A stretch of 32,000 nt of DNA from Halalkalibacterium halodurans (GTDB taxonomy: Bacteria; Bacillota; Bacilli; Bacillales; Bacillaceae_D): assembly GCF_004376175.1 (NCBI RefSeq), contig NZ_SNUY01000008.1, forward strand, positions 23,311 through 55,310, written 5' to 3'. Shown in pieces: positions 21,255 through 30,366 of this stretch. A program made the translations under genes and the position numbers. Below the pieces are notes generated by a model that worked only from the letters and a program-made list of their open reading frames with translations, was not told the DNA's origin and made no database searches. How positions within the stretch are numbered: the first letter of the stretch is position 1; every line of letters begins with the position of its first letter.

Positions 21255-21283
21255 TGGTCATTTTTATAAAAAACAAGTATAAT
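21255..21283 (+). promoter_or_regulatory. Candidate sigma-A promoter of the yqxD-dnaG-sigA operon
   Basis: TGGTCA (21255-21260), 17-bp spacer, TATAAT (21278-21283), in the AT-rich 250-bp gap upstream of yqxD. Confidence 0.35.
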
Positions 21284-21443
21284 AAAAAATTGTGATTTTA
21301 CATGTATACAGAGGCTGATATTAAGGAATAAATCGAAGAGAGAACAAATAAATTGGAAATGTCAAGACTTTTATTTTTAATTTTGGAAAAGATAGTGAGG
21401 CAACTGTTATATTTTCGACAAACTTCGCCGGTTTTATTTGCTA

Positions 21444-21472
21444 GCAGGAATCATTCATGCGTTGTAGAATAA
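21444..21472 (+). promoter_or_regulatory. Candidate sigma-H type promoter overlapping the yqxD ribosome-binding site
   Basis: GCAGGAATC (AGGA at 21446-21449) and GTAGAATAA (GAAT at 21467-21470), with 17 nt between AGGA and GAAT. This is the spacing I recall for B. subtilis sigma-H promoters. Confidence 0.35.
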
Positions 21473-21479
21473 GGAATGT

Positions 21480-21953
21480 ATGAAAAATGAGGATTCTACG
21501 CAAATCTTTGAAGTTTTTGTCGATGCAGACTCTTGTCCAGTAAAAGACGAAATTGAATTAGTGGCTGAATCGTATAAGGTCAAGGTTACTTTTGTTTCAT
21601 CGTATGCTCACAATATGACCGTTGGTCCAACTTCGAAGGTGGTGATGGTCGATGCGGAGCGAGAGGCAGTGGACTTATACATTGCTAACCATATTAAAAA
21701 GAAAGATGTTTGTGTCACACATGATTATGGGCTCGCCTCCTTACTACTGACAAAAGGGGCAACGGTTATCTCGCCTCGGGGTCAAATGTTTGACCATACG
21801 ATTATTGACTCGCTTTTAGCCCAGCGTCATCAATCACAAAAGGATCGAAGGGCAGGAAAGAAAACAAAAGGACCACGAGCGTACTTGAAGGGGGATCGAG
21901 AAAGGTTTATTCAGCAGTTTGAGAAGATTTTATCGAATCGAGCAGGAATTTAG
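21480..21953 (+). CDS. yqxD: UPF0178/DUF188 protein YqxD (P23 homologue, first gene of the sigA operon)
   Basis: 157 aa with FVDADSCPVKDEI near the N-terminus. Lies immediately upstream of dnaG-sigA. Confidence 0.85.
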   Translation: MKNEDSTQIFEVFVDADSCPVKDEIELVAESYKVKVTFVSSYAHNMTVGPTSKVVMVDAEREAVDLYIANHIKKKDVCVTHDYGLASLLLTKGATVISPRGQMFDHTIIDSLLAQRHQSQKDRRAGKKTKGPRAYLKGDRERFIQQFEKILSNRAGI

Positions 21954-22009
21954 CAAAAAAACTCGAATGATAACACTCGTTAGGAACAAGTTAGGCTTGG
22001 TGATGACTG

Positions 22010-23809
22010 ATGAATCAACGAATTCCCCAAGAAACCATAGAGGAAATTAGGCGGAGTGTAGACATTCTTGATGTCATAGGCGAATATGTACAACTTAAGA
22101 AACAGGGGCGAAATTATATCGGACTTTGCCCGTTTCATGGGGAAAATACACCGTCTTTCTCCGTTTCTCCAGATAAGCAGCTGTACCACTGTTTTGGCTG
22201 TGGAGCGGGGGGGAATGCGTTTACTTTTCTCGAACAAATTGAAGGGTTCACGTTCGTAGAGGCGGTAGAAACACTAGCTAAGCGTGCGAATGTTGTATTG
22301 CCTGAAAGGGTGTCTCCAAGTGTAAAACAGAATCGTGATGAGGAATTGCTGATTTCGATTCAAGAGTTTGCTGCCAAGTTTTTTCATCATGTGCTCATGC
22401 TGACGGAGGAAGGAAAGGCGGGTCGCACGTATTTAGAAAGGCGCGGGTTTACAAAAGAGCAAATTGAACACTTTCAGATCGGGTTTGCTCCCCCGCATTG
22501 GGACGCACTAACCAACGTATTAGCAAAGCGTGACGTGGACTTAAAAAAAGCTGGTGAAAGCGGCCTTCTCGTTGAACGGGAATCTGACGGAAAACGATAT
22601 GATCGCTTTCGTAACCGAGTGATCTTTCCGATTCGAAATGGAAAAGGAAAGATTGTAGCGTTTGGGGGACGAACGCTCGGAGACGACAAACCAAAGTATT
22701 TAAATAGTCCTGAGTCGCCAATTTTTCAAAAGGGAAAGTTACTATACGGCTTCTATCAGGCAAGGCCAGCAATAAGGAAAGAAAATGAGGCGGTTCTATT
22801 TGAAGGGTACGTAGATGTGATCGCAGCATGGAAGGCCGGAGTAACCAATGGAGTAGCGACACTCGGTACCTCTCTCACGGAAGAGCAAGCGAGGATGATC
22901 AGGCGGAATGCAGAAACGGTGATTATTTGTAACGACGGCGATGCTGCTGGTGCAGAGGCCACGTTTCGCTCGGCTGATCTTTTGCAACAGGAAGGCTGCC
23001 ATGTAAAAGTGGCAATGATCCCAGATGGACTTGACCCCGATGACTATATCCAAAAATATGGCGCTGAACGATTTAAAAAGGATGTAATAGGGGAAAGCTT
23101 AACATTAATGAAATTTAAGATGAAGTATTTTCGAATGGGACGCAATTTGCAAAATGAAGGGGAACGAATCCTTTATATCGAAGAGATCATTAAAGAAATT
23201 GCGAAGCTTTCGAAAGCTGTGGAACGAGACCACTATCTACGCCAATTGGCCGAAGAATTTTCCCTTTCGCTTGATGCGTTAAAGCAAGAACAGTATCGAA
23301 TATACCGTGAGATGAAACGCCAGAATCAAGTAAGTCAAGGGAAGACGAACACGGTTCGGCAAAAGAAGCACGACTTCGAGCAAAAGCGTCTTTTACCAGC
23401 TTATCAAAACGCTGAACGGATCCTACTCGCACATATGATGCGAAACGTGAGTGTGGCAGAAACCGTTCAGGAACGACTCGGTGGACGGTTTAACGTTGAT
23501 CATTATCAAGCGATCGTTGCTCATTTATTCGCTTACTATGCAGAAGGGTTCGAGCCAGATCCAAGTACCTTTATTCAGCGCCTTGAAGATCAAGAGCTTA
23601 TTCGAGTCGCTACGGAACTGGCCATGCTTGAGATTAATGAAGAAATAAACGATCAAGAGTTAAATGACTATATTGAAAAAATTGAGATGTACCCGAAATG
23701 GTTAGAGCTTCAACAAATAGAAAGTGCATTAAAGAAGGAAACAGATCCAGTCCTTTATGCAACGCGAAAGCAAGAATTAATCAATATGAAGAAGCAACTT
23801 AAGCTGTGA
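22010..23809 (+). CDS. dnaG: DNA primase
   Basis: Zinc-ribbon CPFHGENTPSFSVSPDKQLYHCFGCGAGGN, TOPRIM domain (EGYVDV, NDGDAAG) and a C-terminal DnaB-interaction domain. Confidence 0.97.
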   Translation: MNQRIPQETIEEIRRSVDILDVIGEYVQLKKQGRNYIGLCPFHGENTPSFSVSPDKQLYHCFGCGAGGNAFTFLEQIEGFTFVEAVETLAKRANVVLPERVSPSVKQNRDEELLISIQEFAAKFFHHVLMLTEEGKAGRTYLERRGFTKEQIEHFQIGFAPPHWDALTNVLAKRDVDLKKAGESGLLVERESDGKRYDRFRNRVIFPIRNGKGKIVAFGGRTLGDDKPKYLNSPESPIFQKGKLLYGFYQARPAIRKENEAVLFEGYVDVIAAWKAGVTNGVATLGTSLTEEQARMIRRNAETVIICNDGDAAGAEATFRSADLLQQEGCHVKVAMIPDGLDPDDYIQKYGAERFKKDVIGESLTLMKFKMKYFRMGRNLQNEGERILYIEEIIKEIAKLSKAVERDHYLRQLAEEFSLSLDALKQEQYRIYREMKRQNQVSQGKTNTVRQKKHDFEQKRLLPAYQNAERILLAHMMRNVSVAETVQERLGGRFNVDHYQAIVAHLFAYYAEGFEPDPSTFIQRLEDQELIRVATELAMLEINEEINDQELNDYIEKIEMYPKWLELQQIESALKKETDPVLYATRKQELINMKKQLKL

Positions 23810-23847
23810 GGGTCGCCTAGTTGTAAAGAATGGAAGGAGGGGATCGA

Positions 23848-24966
23848 ATGGCAGAGAAACCGTTACGCCCATTGGCAGAAGGTGAACTTTCCATCGATCA
23901 AGTAAAGGAACAATTGGTGGAGTTAGGGAAAAAGCGTGGCGTTCTCACTTATGCTGAGATCACGGAAAAGCTAGCTCCATACGATCAAGACTCAGACCAA
24001 ATGGACGAGTTTTTTGAGTATCTAGGTGAACAGGGGGTCGAGATTTTAAACGATAATGAAGAGGTTCCAAGCTTGCAACAAGTAGAGAAGGAAGAAGAGG
24101 AGTTTGACTTAAACGACTTGAGTGTACCTCCAGGTGTTAAGATTAACGATCCTGTTCGCATGTATTTGAAGGAAATTGGTCGTGTCCCGCTATTAACGGC
24201 CGAAGAAGAAATTGAACTAGCTACGCGAATTGAGCAGGGAGATGAAGAAGCGAAGCGTCGCTTAGCTGAAGCGAACTTACGTCTCGTTGTTAGTATCGCC
24301 AAACGTTACGTCGGTCGTGGCATGCTGTTTCTTGACCTTATTCAAGAAGGTAACATGGGACTAATTAAAGCGGTAGAAAAATTTGATTATAACAAGGGCT
24401 TTAAGTTCAGTACGTACGCTACATGGTGGATCAGACAAGCAATTACACGCGCAATTGCCGACCAAGCACGGACGATCCGTATCCCGGTCCATATGGTGGA
24501 AACGATCAATAAGTTAATACGTGTTCAGCGTCAGCTTCTCCAGGATCTAGGTCGTGAGCCATCACCTGAGGAAGTTGCGGAAGAGATGGATTTAACACCT
24601 GAGAAAGTTCGAGAGATTCTTAAAATCGCTCAGGAGCCTGTTTCGCTCGAGACTCCGATAGGCGAAGAGGATGATTCTCACCTAGGAGATTTTATTGAAG
24701 ATCAAGATGCGTTAGCTCCTTCAGATGCGGCTGCTTATGAGTTATTAAAAGAGCAGCTAGAAGATGTTCTTGACACGTTGACTGATCGTGAAGAAAATGT
24801 TCTCCGCCTTCGCTTTGGGCTTGATGATGGGCGCACACGTACGTTAGAAGAAGTAGGGAAGGTCTTTGGCGTCACTCGAGAGCGCATCCGCCAAATTGAG
24901 GCGAAAGCGTTACGTAAACTTAGACACCCAAGCCGTAGTAAACGGTTGAAGGACTTCTTAGAATAA
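23848..24966 (+). CDS. sigA: RNA polymerase primary sigma factor SigA
   Basis: 372 aa. Acidic region 1, region 2 ([30 protein letters not shown]) and region 4 ([30 protein letters not shown]). ATG at 23848 follows GGAAGGAGGGG. Confidence 0.97.
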   Translation: MAEKPLRPLAEGELSIDQVKEQLVELGKKRGVLTYAEITEKLAPYDQDSDQMDEFFEYLGEQGVEILNDNEEVPSLQQVEKEEEEFDLNDLSVPPGVKINDPVRMYLKEIGRVPLLTAEEEIELATRIEQGDEEAKRRLAEANLRLVVSIAKRYVGRGMLFLDLIQEGNMGLIKAVEKFDYNKGFKFSTYATWWIRQAITRAIADQARTIRIPVHMVETINKLIRVQRQLLQDLGREPSPEEVAEEMDLTPEKVREILKIAQEPVSLETPIGEEDDSHLGDFIEDQDALAPSDAAAYELLKEQLEDVLDTLTDREENVLRLRFGLDDGRTRTLEEVGKVFGVTRERIRQIEAKALRKLRHPSRSKRLKDFLE

Positions 24967-24972
24967 ATGTGT

Positions 24973-25008
24973 GGGGACCCCCTCTTTCCTTTTGGGGTTC
25001 CTTTTTTA
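24973..25008 (+). terminator. Rho-independent terminator after sigA
   Basis: G/C-rich hairpin ggggacccc...ggggttcc with a pyrimidine loop, then TTTTTT. Confidence 0.6.
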
Positions 25009-25189
25009 CACTTTAAGAAAAGTTAACTTTTGTAAGATATAAGAAAAGCACCAGCTTTCGCTACAGGATTTGGCGACAAGCCTCGTTTTTTCTAGTAAGC
25101 GATTGATTCATTAAAAAAGTATAGGGCGTAAGATAAGTCAAGTTTCTCAATTAAAGGCTTGTCCTTCATGGATCATCCAGGAGGGGAAA

Positions 25190-25720
25190 ATGGACGAAAA
25201 ACGTAAGGAAATCATTATTCGAGAGCTTCAATACTGGAAGCAATCGAAGCTTTTGCCGTCCCATTACTGTGATTATCTCCTATCCCTCTATACAGAAGGA
25301 GAATATGATCATAAGGATCAAGGAGCAGGGAAAGCGGTTTGGAAGCAGGTCAGATGGTTCGTTGCCATTATGTTGTTTGTTTTTTCAATTCTTGTCATTT
25401 ATTTTACTAATTTTTCAAGCTATATGCAAATCGGATTTGCTTCCTTTTCAGTAGCTATTATATGGTTAATTGCTTTTAAATCAAAGGTTTATAACATCAT
25501 CATGGTACAATTTACCTATTTTTTAGCGGCGATATTACTATTTGTTGTCACAGTAGAGACAATGTATCTCCTTCCCTATACGTCCAAGCTGTGGGTAGGG
25601 GCAGTCATTTTTAGTCATTGTCTTATATGGCTTGCATATGGCTGGAGACAGAAGCTTTTCTATTTTCTCATCGCTGGAGGGGCTGGCTTCATCCTTCTCG
25701 TTTTTATCATGATTACTTGA
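25190..25720 (+). CDS. Hypothetical membrane protein (about four TM helices), no family recognised
   Basis: 176-aa ORF with a strong RBS (CAGGAGGGGAAA). Soluble N-terminal segment of about 50 aa (ELQYWKQSKLLPSHYCDYLLSLY), followed by four hydrophobic helices. Confidence 0.6.
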   Translation: MDEKRKEIIIRELQYWKQSKLLPSHYCDYLLSLYTEGEYDHKDQGAGKAVWKQVRWFVAIMLFVFSILVIYFTNFSSYMQIGFASFSVAIIWLIAFKSKVYNIIMVQFTYFLAAILLFVVTVETMYLLPYTSKLWVGAVIFSHCLIWLAYGWRQKLFYFLIAGGAGFILLVFIMIT

Positions 25721-25865
25721 AAAAAGATTGACAAATTGCGCAAAAATGAGGGAAGCCCTTTCCTCGCAAGGAGTTTTCCGTTAAAATGAATTAGGACATC
25801 TTTGCGTTTTGTCTACATACGATGCGACGTGTGATTGACTGACTTTGAAAAGGAGGACATAGTTC

Positions 25866-26240
25866 ATGAAGGGTAGACCGTTACTTCCATTTGCCATTAT
25901 CGCAGTTGTGGGCATCCTTCTCATGATTTCCATTTCGATCATTGGCTTGAATCAACGAGCAGCAATGGACGAGGAAGGCGAAGGGGCAGATACAGAAGAA
26001 GTTGTAGAATTTGATGATCCAGTTGAAGCTGGGGAGCAGATTGTGAATCAGTCATGTATTGGCTGTCACGGTGGTGACCTAAGCGGTGGATCCGGTCCGG
26101 CGCTGACAGGTCTAGAAGGAAAGTATAGTGCAGAAGAAATCGCCGATATTGTTCAAAACGGTAAAGGTGCGATGCCAGCCATGCCGCACGATGATGCAGA
26201 GGCAGACGCAATCGCTCAATATTTACTTTCCATTGAGTAA
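25866..26240 (+). CDS. cccA: Membrane-anchored cytochrome c-550
   Basis: N-terminal TM anchor, acidic linker, heme-binding CIGCH and the distal Met region GKGAMPAM. RBS AAAGGAGGA. Same position as B. subtilis cccA. Confidence 0.9.
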   Translation: MKGRPLLPFAIIAVVGILLMISISIIGLNQRAAMDEEGEGADTEEVVEFDDPVEAGEQIVNQSCIGCHGGDLSGGSGPALTGLEGKYSAEEIADIVQNGKGAMPAMPHDDAEADAIAQYLLSIE

Positions 26241-26246
26241 AAAATG

Positions 26247-26275
26247 AAGCGGGGGAGCTATTTCCCTCGCTTTTC
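26247..26275 (+). terminator. Rho-independent terminator after cccA
   Basis: 9-bp stem aagcggggg / ccctcgctt (one G-U pair), 8-nt loop, T-rich tail. Confidence 0.7.
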
Positions 26276-26300
26276 TACATAAAGAAAAGGTGAACAATGT

Positions 26301-27008
26301 ATGAATGTTGAACAACTATCTGAACGATTAACACGAGTTGCTTCCTTTGTTCCAGTAGGTGCGAGACTCGCTGACATTGGATCGGACCATGCTTATTTGC
26401 CGTGTTATCTTTGTTTAAAAGGAGTAGTCGAGTTTGCGATTGCAGGTGAGGTAAATGAAGGGCCTTATCAATCTGCTGTGGAGCAAGTGCAAAAGGTGAA
26501 CTTGGGACATGTAATATCTGTACGTAAAGGTGATGGCTTAGCCGTTATTCGTGCAGACGATCAAATTGATACGGTTACGATTGCTGGCATGGGAGGAACG
26601 CTCATTTCTACCATTTTAGAAGAGGGGAAGAGAAACCTTCAAACGGTTCGCCGGTTAATCTTACAGCCAAATGTCCATGCGAAAGCGATTCGGCAGTGGT
26701 TATCAGACAACGGCTGGAGGTTGCAGGCAGAAGCGATTTTAGAAGAAGATGAAAAAATTTACGAATTGTTGATCGCGGAAAGAGGCTCGGATGAAGATCT
26801 ATATGTGAGTAAAGAGTTAGACTTGCTCGTAGGTCCTTATTTACGAAAAGAGCGAAATGCAGCGTTTCAGAAAAAATGGACGGCGGAATTAACAAGTTGG
26901 AAGCGTGTTTTGTCGCAATTGAATAAGGCAAAACCTTCCGAGGAATTGGAAGCGAAAAAGATCGAGCTCCAGAAAAACATTTCACTCATCGAGGAGGTTT
27001 TACGATGA
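26301..27008 (+). CDS. trmK: tRNA (adenine22-N1)-methyltransferase
   Basis: SAM-MTase motifs ADIGSDHAYLP, AGEVNEGP and TIAGMGG, with a C-terminal coiled coil. Homologous to B. subtilis YqfN. Confidence 0.9.
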   Translation: MNVEQLSERLTRVASFVPVGARLADIGSDHAYLPCYLCLKGVVEFAIAGEVNEGPYQSAVEQVQKVNLGHVISVRKGDGLAVIRADDQIDTVTIAGMGGTLISTILEEGKRNLQTVRRLILQPNVHAKAIRQWLSDNGWRLQAEAILEEDEKIYELLIAERGSDEDLYVSKELDLLVGPYLRKERNAAFQKKWTAELTSWKRVLSQLNKAKPSEELEAKKIELQKNISLIEEVLR

Positions 27009-28123
27009 AAATAGCCAATGGACAAACGGTGATTCAGCTATTTGAACGTTGGTCCCCTAAATCCCTTGCGGTGGAAGGGGATAAAAATGGCGTTCTAATC
27101 GGAACGCTCAATAAACCGATTCAACGTGTGTTAACAGCGTTGGATGTGACGGAATCTGTTATTGATGAGGCCATTGAACTAGGGGCAGAGCTCATTTTAG
27201 CTCACCATCCAATCATTTTTCGTCCGTTATCCTCGATCCGCACGGATACAGCATATGGGCGTATCATTGAGAAGGCAATTAAGCATGATCTGACTATCTA
27301 TGCCGCACATACGAATTTAGATATTACGAAAGGCGGAGTCAATGATTTAATGGCCGATGCGCTTGGGCTAAAAGACATAGAGGTGTTGGCTCCAACTACT
27401 ACAGAGTCCCTTTATAAACTAGTGGTGTTTGTCCCACACACACATACGGATCAAGTTCGCGAGGCTCTTGGACGTGCGGGAGCTGGACATATCGGAAATT
27501 ATAGTTACTGCACATTTAATTCAAAAGGAACAGGAACTTTCAAACCAGAGGAAGGGACGAACCCGTTTATCGGAAAACAAGGTGCTTTAGAGTTTGTAGA
27601 GGAGCTCAAAATAGAAACGATCGTCACAGAAGGGCAAAAGAACAAAGTTGTGGCAGCGATGATCAAATCTCATCCGTATGAAGAGCCTGCCTATGACCTT
27701 TATCCTCTTGCGAACGAAGGGGAAACGCTCGGCTTAGGGCGAATTGGTTATTTACACGAGAGCATGACACTAGAGGAGTTTGCAAAGCAAGTAAAGAAAG
27801 CCTTTGATGTACCAACAGCAAGGGTCGTCGGTTCTTTAGAGACGCAAATTCGAAAAGTGGCCGTTCTTGGCGGTGACGGGAATAAATATATGGCTCATGC
27901 ATTGCGGAAAGGAGCCGATGTCATCGTTACTGGAGATGTATACTATCACGTAGCTCATGACGCGTTAATGGACGGTTTAAACATCGTCGATCCGGGGCAC
28001 AATGTAGAAAAAATTATGAAGCAGGGTGTAAAGGAAAAGCTAGAAAAGCTTCTTAAGGATAAGAAATATGATACAGAAGTCGTTGCTTCTTCGGTTCATA
28101 CAGATCCATTTACGTTTATTTAA
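27005..28123 (+). CDS. yqfO: NIF3-family metal-binding protein (GTP cyclohydrolase 1 type 2 homologue, YqfO)
   Basis: 372 aa. AHHPIIFRP and AAHTNLD motifs with an inserted PII-like domain. The ATGA start/stop overlaps trmK. Confidence 0.9.
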   Translation: MKIANGQTVIQLFERWSPKSLAVEGDKNGVLIGTLNKPIQRVLTALDVTESVIDEAIELGAELILAHHPIIFRPLSSIRTDTAYGRIIEKAIKHDLTIYAAHTNLDITKGGVNDLMADALGLKDIEVLAPTTTESLYKLVVFVPHTHTDQVREALGRAGAGHIGNYSYCTFNSKGTGTFKPEEGTNPFIGKQGALEFVEELKIETIVTEGQKNKVVAAMIKSHPYEEPAYDLYPLANEGETLGLGRIGYLHESMTLEEFAKQVKKAFDVPTARVVGSLETQIRKVAVLGGDGNKYMAHALRKGADVIVTGDVYYHVAHDALMDGLNIVDPGHNVEKIMKQGVKEKLEKLLKDKKYDTEVVASSVHTDPFTFI

Positions 28124-28129
28124 AGGTAG

Positions 28130-28159
28130 GTGCTCATCGAGTAGATGGGCGCTTTTTTT
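28130..28159 (+). terminator. Rho-independent terminator after yqfO
   Basis: 9-bp stem gtgctcatc (28130-28138) / gatgggcgc (28144-28152) with two G-U pairs, loop gagta, then T7. Confidence 0.8.
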
Positions 28160-28682
28160 GGGCTCTACAATAAATGTTGGGGTTTTTGCACAAAAGAGGG
28201 CAAAAAAAATGCACGCAGGCTCCTTTATCCATTATCCTTGAATTGCCGAGAAACAAAGAAAGGATAGGAGCTGCGTGTACGATGAATTTTACCATGGATT
28301 TGCCCGGATTAAAAGGTGTGAAGGTCACAAAGATGGGGGAACGAGAGGGCTTTATCGCGCTCCATGTAGAAATGCCGCGAACGCCTCATCGTTGCCCATC
28401 CTGCGGGGAGAGAATCCTTGATTATCGAATCCAAAAAGTTCAACATCTCAAGCTCTTTGAACGGTGGGTGTATCGATTCTATCGAAAGCGCCGGTACGCG
28501 TGCAGATGCGGGAAGCGGTTTGCGGAGAAAGTCAGACAGTGGAATGGAATCAAGCGTTTCGTTTGCGGCTCATTCAAGGGAAGAACTTTGCGAATACAGC
28601 GAACCTATACCGAACATCCGTGACAACCGCAGTGCAGCGTTTTTATTTCTTAATTACTAATGGAGGCGGCCTCCCTAACCTT
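28160..28682 (+). mobile_element. Truncated ISL3-family insertion sequence relic (left end only)
   Basis: Starts with the ISL3-type terminus GGCTCT... (28161) right after the yqfO terminator. Encodes only the N-terminal zinc-finger part of an ISL3 transposase. No right-end repeat was found. Confidence 0.7.
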
Positions 28683-28685
28683 TAA
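28282..28685 (+). pseudogene. ISL3-family transposase, N-terminal fragment, frameshifted and truncated
   Basis: MNFTMDLPGLKGVKV...HRCPSCGERILDYRIQKVQHLKLFERWVYRFYRKRRYACRCGKRFAEK is the zf-ISL3 domain. Recognisable sequence continues in a second frame (FRLRLIQGKNFANTANLYRTSVTTAVQRF) after a shift near 28530-28545. It stops at about 130 aa, whereas intact ISL3 transposases are about 400 aa. Confidence 0.75.
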
Positions 28686-28732
28686 GAGCTTATTGGAGCA
28701 ATTGGAGAACTTACCTCGTAACGATGAATAGC

Positions 28733-28768
28733 AAAAAAACTGTGTCCCTTAATTGGGCACAGTTTTTT
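28733..28768. terminator. Bidirectional rho-independent terminator (serves ispH on the minus strand)
   Basis: A7-ctgtg(t)ccc-ttaatt-gggcacag-T6. The hairpin is flanked by an A-run and a T-run and ends 4 nt beyond the ispH stop codon. Confidence 0.85.
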
Positions 28769-28771
28769 CGG

Positions 28772-29716
28772 CTACTTTTTAATTTTCACTTTCGGTAAAA
28801 TTTTCTGGAGGGTCACCTTACGTTCAGGAGTCCACGTTTCCGGTTTGGAAGGATCATACTTTTCAATAAAAGCAATGACTTCCTTCGTAATCGGCGTTGG
28901 CGTAGAAGCCCCGGCAGTGACGCCGACCGTCTCCACACCGTCAAACCATTCCTGTTGGAGCTCGGTTACATCCCCAATTCGATAGGCTTTTGTTCCAGCA
29001 ATCTGCTCTGAAACTTGGGCCAATCGGTTCGAGTTGTTGCTCTTTGGATCACCGACTACGATGACTAAGTCACACTCTCTTGCCTGCTCAGCTACGGCTT
29101 CTTGCCGAACTTGAGTCGCTAGGCAAATTTCGTTATGGACTTCCGCCTGTGGGTATTTTTCCATCGCTTTTTTCATAATTTCCGAAACGTCCCACTGGCT
29201 CATCGTTGTTTGGTTCGTGATAATGATCTTGTCAGCGGAAATGTCAAGGCTCTCAACGTCCTCAACATTTTCGACGAGGTGGACAAATTCAGGGGCCACC
29301 CCTATAGCACCTTCTGGCTCAGGGTGTCCTTTTTTCCCAACGTAGATAAATTTGTATCCTTCTTGCGATTTTTCACGGATTAAATCGTGAGTTCTCGTAA
29401 CGTCAGGACACGTAGCATCAACGACAGTCAATCCTTTTTCCTTCGCAAGCTTTCGAACTTGCGGTGAGACACCGTGTGCGGTGAAAATAACCGTCCCCTT
29501 ATCCACTTGCTTTAAAATGTCAAGTCGATTAGGGCCATCTAATGAAATAATCCCTTCTTCTTCAAAGGCATCGGTCACATGTTTATTGTGGACGATCATA
29601 CCTAAGATGTAGATCGGTCGTGGCAAGTCCAAGTTTTGTGCAGCTTGTCTTGCTAATACCATCGCATCGACTACACCGTAGCAGTAGCCGCGCGGAGAAA
29701 TTTTTACAACGTTCAT
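28772..29716 (-). CDS. ispH: 4-hydroxy-3-methylbut-2-enyl diphosphate reductase
   Basis: 314 aa starting [19 protein letters not shown], with conserved cysteines and the TAHGVSP motif. ATG at 29716 follows AAGGAGGCC. The ORF-track start at 29803 is an extension. Confidence 0.95.
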   Translation of the reverse strand: MNVVKISPRGYCYGVVDAMVLARQAAQNLDLPRPIYILGMIVHNKHVTDAFEEEGIISLDGPNRLDILKQVDKGTVIFTAHGVSPQVRKLAKEKGLTVVDATCPDVTRTHDLIREKSQEGYKFIYVGKKGHPEPEGAIGVAPEFVHLVENVEDVESLDISADKIIITNQTTMSQWDVSEIMKKAMEKYPQAEVHNEICLATQVRQEAVAEQARECDLVIVVGDPKSNNSNRLAQVSEQIAGTKAYRIGDVTELQQEWFDGVETVGVTAGASTPTPITKEVIAFIEKYDPSKPETWTPERKVTLQKILPKVKIKK

Positions 29717-29774
29717 AAAGGCCTCCTTGAAAAGTCGAGTACTCGCTTTTCTAACTTTCTGGCGTTCAGCCCAT

Positions 29775-29803
29775 ATTATAAAGGAGAATCCGAACGTTGA
29801 CAA
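29775..29803 (-). promoter_or_regulatory. Sigma-A promoter for ispH
   Basis: On the minus strand: TTGTCA (29803-29798), 17-bp spacer, TATAAT (29780-29775). It begins 3 nt after the stop codon of the CarD-like gene. Confidence 0.65.
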
Positions 29804-29806
29804 TCT

Positions 29807-30301
29807 TTACGTTTCAGAAGGTGAGGGGAGGTGCTCGTCAATGAATGCATATGCCTGTTCTTCGCTAATATTTTTGACAACGATTAATTCACTGGCAATA
29901 AACTGTTTCGCTTTTTGGAGAAAGTTGCGGTCTTGGATGTGAAGGCCATTGGTTCGCTCTGCTTGTTTTTTTGCTAAGCCTGATATGAGGTGTGCTGCAT
30001 CAATAATCGATCCGCTTTTAAGTAGATTTTCGGTATCCTTTGAAAATTGGTTCGTAGATAACGGAGTTTCTGGACCTTTTTGCAGGGCGTCGATCAAATG
30101 ATCCACATCGCTTTGATCGATCACTTTTCGTAATCCTGATTGTTGGATGCGGTGTTTAGGAAGCATGACCTTGATGTCCGTTAGCGGGAAGTGCAGGACG
30201 AAATAAGAATGAGTTTCACCAAGGATTTCTTTTTCCTCAATGTCTTGAACGACTCCGGCACCGTGAAAAGGATAAACGACATGATCGCCAATCTTAAACA
30301 T
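29807..30301 (-). CDS. CarD/CdnL/TRCF-domain transcriptional regulator-like protein
   Basis: N-terminal MFKIGDHVVYPFHGAGVVQDIEEKEILGETHSYFVLHF is the CarD_CdnL_TRCF RNAP-interaction domain, followed by a helical C-terminal domain. ATG at 30301 is 7 nt after GGAGG. ATG at 30307 is too close to the SD. Confidence 0.8.
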   Translation of the reverse strand: MFKIGDHVVYPFHGAGVVQDIEEKEILGETHSYFVLHFPLTDIKVMLPKHRIQQSGLRKVIDQSDVDHLIDALQKGPETPLSTNQFSKDTENLLKSGSIIDAAHLISGLAKKQAERTNGLHIQDRNFLQKAKQFIASELIVVKNISEEQAYAFIDEHLPSPSET

Positions 30302-30366
30302 GGGCATTCCTCCAAAAAGTTGATACCCTTAGTGTACCTTAAATAACACAAAATATAAATTCTATA

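Noticed and set aside
21359-21472. 37-codon ORF (MSRLLFLILEKIV...) in the AT-rich gap upstream of yqxD, considered as a small hydrophobic or type I toxin-like peptide
   Set aside because: No usable Shine-Dalgarno sequence, only a short hydrophobic stretch, and no antisense RNA or terminator architecture. The region is better explained as the multi-promoter region of the sigA operon.
28203-28213. aaaaatgcac in the ISL3 leader resembling the AAAATGCACCT motif of the other IS
   Set aside because: Only a match of about 10 nt in A-rich DNA that does not extend. Chance is the simplest explanation.
28174-28281. Upstream extension of the ISL3 transposase fragment ORF (MLGFLHKRGQKK...)
   Set aside because: This part lies in the IS terminal and leader region. 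The recognisable ISL3 N-terminus begins at MNFTMDLPGLKG (28282).
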